Part shown: positions 59,628 to 64,000 of the stretch, piece by piece | Position numbering within the stretch: the stretch's first letter is position 1 | Layout: each line of letters opens with the position of its first letter | Source of the DNA: Azolla caroliniana | Lineage: Eukaryota > Plantae > Polypodiophyta | Direction of reading: 5' to 3' | DNA length: 64,000 bases | Assembly (NCBI GenBank): GCA_043228905.1 | Contig: JBHGNT010000006.1 | Span: 13,144,001-13,208,000, forward strand | Made by a program: the position numbers and the translations under genes | The notes under the pieces: model-generated | Told to the model about the DNA's origin: nothing | Seen by the model: only the letters and a program-made list of their open reading frames with translations | Database searches by the model: none

Positions 59628-62600
59628 GTGTTGTCGCGAAATCGGCCAGGTGGCGTATCATCCAGCTGTGCCATATGATTTGTCCCAGAAATCGGCTGAG
59701 GCCTTTTGCGTTCGAGGGTGCGGGGGCGTTTAGGATGGCTTGTACTTTATCTGGGTCCATGGAGATACCTTCTTGACTGACGATGTGCCTGAGTAGGTTT
59801 CCGCTTGTGACCAAGAACGCGTATTTTACCGGGTTTAAACTTAACCGAGCCTGGCAACATCGATCAAGACAGAGATGTAACTGGGTCATGTGTTCTAGTC
59901 GCTGACCATATACGGCGAAGTCATCGAGAAAGACTTGCATGAACGCCGGGATATACTCGTTAAAAATTTCGGTGATGATGCGCTGGAACGTGGCCGGCGC
60001 CGTTTTTAAACCGAACATCATTACTTCTGCCACGAAAACACCCCATTCCGTGACAAATGCTGTTTTCTCCTGATCATTCGGGTGCATTCTGATTTGGTTG
60101 TAACCACTGAACCCGTCTAGAAAGCTGTAGCATTCGTGACCTGCCACTGTGTCGAGAATGCTATCCGTAAACGGGAGAGGGAATCCATCCGTGACCGTTG
60201 CAACATTAAGCTTGCGGTAGTTGACGCAAACTCGGATTTTCCCTTTTTCTTGGGGACGACTACGATTGGGCTTAACCATGTGGCGTGTTTTACAGGTCGT
60301 ATGAACCCAACTCGGAGGAGCTTGTCTATTTCTTCCTTGACCTTAGCTGCATAATTGGGGTTCATCCGGTATCGTCTTTGTTGAACCGGCGAGCGGTAGG
60401 GAGAAGATGGATCTGGTGTTGGTAGTATTGAGGGTCCAAACCCTTCATATCCGTGTAAGACCATGCGAATACATCCTGGTAATCGGTGAGTAAGTGTATG
60501 AGGGTTGCTCCTTCGCCGGCTGGTAAGTTATTAGCAATCTGTAGGGTGCGAGGGTTCTCGTCCGAACCGAGGTTCAATGTTTCGAGCGTTGATGCCTTCA
60601 CTCGTTGGCAGATGGCGAGTTCACGTTCAAAAGCGTCCCGAGCGTGTCGTAATTCTGCGATGGTGGTGGGATCGGGCTCATCCTTGGGAGGTGTATTCAC
60701 CGTGACCTCCTCGTCTAGAGGTGTACCGATGGCCGACATGGCGTCGATTTCGAAGAGAGGTATGATAGTGGGATGGTCTTCTAGGAAGTCATCCACCTCG
60801 TCATCGGCTAACCCATTGAGCATGTGCACACCTTCCGCGTATAACGATCGTGTGTCTGCCATCCGAAGCCAAAAGGAGCAAGGTTCCCATTGATTCAGGC
60901 TGAGTTTATGACAGGTAGCCTCGCTGATGACATTCACGCAAGAGCCTCTGTCGATTATGCAGCCATGCAGGTCCCGTCCTTTAATCATAATTTTTATGGC
61001 TGGATTCTGCGCATCCATGAGGGGTGGACCCGTTCCTGGCTCGGTCAGGTGCACAAGTGGCGCGGTGGAATAGGTGTTGGTCGTGAGTGTAGCCAAGGTG
61101 TCCCGAAAACGCGGCATGAGTGGTAAGAGTTTATGTAGAGGCAGGGAGATCTTGGAACTGGTAAGGGCGTCCCAAAGCTGGTCATCTTCTGTCGACGTGG
61201 ATGGTGCCGAGGACTGTGTTGCTTCGATGGTCGCGTCTCCCATTTATGTTTGCATCCGCACTACATTGTTTTTGTTGGCCGTATCAATCCATTCTTTGGC
61301 TGCTTGCCGGACTTCATCCTGTACTTGCCATGGGGTGGCCTAGGCTTTACTGCATGTTGTGACGTTTTGCACGTCGGCCATAATACTATTCACGGCAGGA
61401 GCCTTTCTGCGGTCTGTTATTGGGCATTGCGTAGCGTAGTGACCGGGTTGGTTGCACTTGAAGTAGGTAACGACGGCCGAGTTGCTGGTGCCAGCCCGAT
61501 CTGTGTGTGTGTGTGTGTGTGGGGGGGGGGTGCGGTTGATTCCCGGCCTCATGTGTTGGTGGGTTGGTCCAGGGCGCGTTCGAGCTGCGCAGTTCATTTT
61601 GCGTGGGGTCCCGACGACGGTTGTCATTATTCCTTTTGTTGTTGCGCGATCCTCGGTGAGAGTTGCGCCGATCATTACGGGAATTTCTCTGATCGTATTG
61701 GTCATCCCGATCATCTTCATTCCGATCATAATCGTCATTTGCCCGATACTGGTCATCGTGATAGCAATCATGGCGGTCGTCCGATCTCCGTCGGTTGTCG
61801 TTTCGGTAACGGTCGTCGTCCCGACGGTAATCATCGTCATAACGCTGTCTATCCGGCGATTGGGGTCATTGGTTATCCTGGTTCCGGTAGGATTGTCTCT
61901 CGTCCTGACGAGAGTATGTATCCCTGGGCTCGATCTAGTGATCCGAGGCCGTCATTGTGCGGTTGAGCATATTGTATTCACATTGCTCGACAGTGTGAGG
62001 TCGGGACTGGCAGATCAGACACTGTGGCCGGTAAGGACATTCGAGGGCCAAATGGCCCGATCCCGAGCAAACTGTGCATTGGAGGGCTTGGTGGAAAGTG
62101 AACTCATAGAGAAAGCCGTGCTTTGCTGAGTCCAATCGAGGGCGAGGACGTGTGCTATGACTTGCTCGATCATTTGGTTGGCAAAATTAGTAAGTGCGAG
62201 AGTCGTCCGTAGAGGCTCCCATAAGCTGGACAGGAATGCGTCCAGAATGTGCTGTGCAGAGACATTGTCGGCCACTTGTCTGTAGAGATCCCGGAACCGG
62301 ATCGTGAATTGTGCGACTGTCTTGTGCGGTTCTTGTCGCATGGAAAAGAACTGTCAGAGCAATTCTCGTTTGGGCACCTCGCTTTGGAATAGTTCTAGGA
62401 ACTACGTGCAAACGTCGTGGAAGGTGACAAACTCCCCTGCGTCGAGGTGAGAATACCAGCGCGCAGTTGGTCCATCGAGGGATAACGTAAACTCGGAAAT
62501 TTTTGAGGCCTCGATTTCGGCAGGCGAGAGTCGCTGTGTTGAGTGGTTGGCCTGCTAGGTGGACACGAAGGCATGGATGTGCGACTCCACGTCGGGGTTG

Positions 62601-63819
62601 TCGATGTATCGTGGGTAAGGATACGGCATGGTATCGAATTCAGGATCTTCCGGTAAAACCGGAAACGGGTTAGGGTTAGGGTGGGTGACCTCTGGAGGGC
62701 TTGGTGGAGAGGTTGGTGTGGAATCAACTCGTGACCGAGTAGCAGGTGGCGAGGATTGCAACCGGTGAGCCTCCGATATTTCTTGGAAAGACTGGTTCAT
62801 GACCGCTGAGTCGGAAGTTCCTTCGACTGGCTTAGGGCGTCGGCCAGATGGCCGAGACCGCTTGGTGCGATTGGGCGCCGTAATGGCGGCTGAAGGTTGT
62901 CTTCAACGTAGTTCGCTGTGATCTCACAGTTGTAACCGGGCATGCCAAATTGTGTTAACCGTTCTGCTGGAAACACCTTCGATATGCCTACAAGCTATCG
63001 GTATCAAGGGAAGTGTAACATGAAGACTTGTGCACAGAGGCGTCGTTAGGGGGAAGAAAATGGAGAGGATACCTGGAATAGAGCCCGGGGGTCGTATACG
63101 TAGTTGAGACCTTAGAAATGACGGCACACAGATGAAAACAACAAGAGCTAATATATATGTATTACTGCAAACAATTATCGATGATTACAAAAACACGACC
63201 CATAGTCGGTGACCTTACAAAGCTCTTATAACTATGAAACGACCTCGCCTAGGCTCTAGATATCTCTCCCTTGCCGAGGTATGTAGACCTCGGTTTATAT
63301 ACTTTTTCTTCATACAAAGCCGAGTGGTCGGCTGACTGTGAGGCTCGAAACTCGGCGTTTTCCTAACTCTACCTTCCTTACCTACTCGCCTTACCTACCG
63401 ACGTATTACATTTAACTAATTTATATTTTTGGCCTATGGACAACAAGTGCCCAACTTATGCTGAGATCTGAGTGGAATACCAAGACATATTAGGACCCTC
63501 TCCCACTCTCTCCAAACTATTAGATACCCTGGATGTAAAGAGACTAGGTAGGTATATCTTAGAGCTAAAACAACATAGGGAGAATAAATTACAAGTGTTA
63601 AACATACCCTTTTACTATTCATCAACTTGTAACTAGTGTAATTTTTTAGGAACAAGGGGAGACGATGAATGTGGATACACTTACGCCGCTCGGCCTCTCT
63701 CTTGAGGAAGCCGAAATGCAAAGAACAACCAAATGCCCTCGGATGTTGGTCTTCAAAACAAGTCGGCACAAAGTAGAGAAGATTAAGAAGATAAGGGAAC
63801 GTAAGCTATGAATAAGGTC

Positions 63820-64000
63820 ACCATTAGTAATAGGTATGCACTTCCCCCAATCTCGAGTCTTTTAGAAAGAATTAATGGCGCAAAGTTTTTTACCAAAATC
63901 GACTTACGAGGAGCATATAACCTCGTACAGATTCAACCGTGAGACAAATGGAAGACAACTTTCCACACCCAATATGGGCACTTCGAGTATACGGTTATGC
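63820..64000 (+). pseudogene. Chromovirus (Tcn1-like) RT continuation, running off the window
   Basis: RYALPPISSLLERINGAKFFTKIDLRGAYNLV..KWKTTF.T.YGHFEY. Confidence 0.9.

Larger units (their letters stand above)
57001..62890 (-). pseudogene. gag-pol of the Athila-like element, disrupted
   Basis: Gag with CCHC knuckles (CTVCSGSGHLALEC, CLICQSRPHTVEQC, FKCNQPGHYATQC); protease IIDRGSCVN; RT, RNase H and integrase ORFs broken by stops and frameshifts. Confidence 0.9.
52766..63445 (-). mobile_element. Full-length Athila-like Ty3/Gypsy element with an extra 3' ORF
   Basis: LTRs 52766-53256 and 62953-63445 (TGTTG...TAACA on minus); 5-bp TSD agtgt/agtgc; PBS TGGCATGCCCGGT (62935-62947); RT FPLPFTD..SFLDGFSGYNQI..FLDD; single RNase H; integrase WGLDFVGP, YPQANGLAE; no chromodomain. 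Confidence 0.92.

Overview
Eukaryotic, almost certainly land-plant, genomic DNA. The mix of Phygy-like and Tcn1-like Gypsy elements and RTE-X-like LINEs suggests a non-seed plant (inference). The window has three parts. (1) 1-27.1 kb is a nested cluster of decayed LTR retrotransposons: at least four Ty1/Copia copies, a near-complete tRNA-Trp-primed Ty3/Gypsy element with a 4-bp TSD and an apparent -1 frameshift signal between protease and RT, a chromovirus 3' end, and solo LTRs. (2) ~27.9-49.1 kb is a multi-exon host gene on the + strand. It encodes an uncharacterised protein with an N-terminal coiled coil; its long introns hold Copia remnants, LINE fragments and a hAT MITE, and its 3' end runs into a 5 x 196-bp intron+exon-like tandem array. 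(3) 52.6-64 kb is a full-length Athila-like Gypsy element (- strand, 5-bp TSD) with a ~1030-codon extra ORF and an inserted solo LTR, itself nested in a chromovirus RT. No prokaryote-type system, CRISPR array, rRNA or intact tRNA gene was seen. All calls are by eye; no database searches were run.
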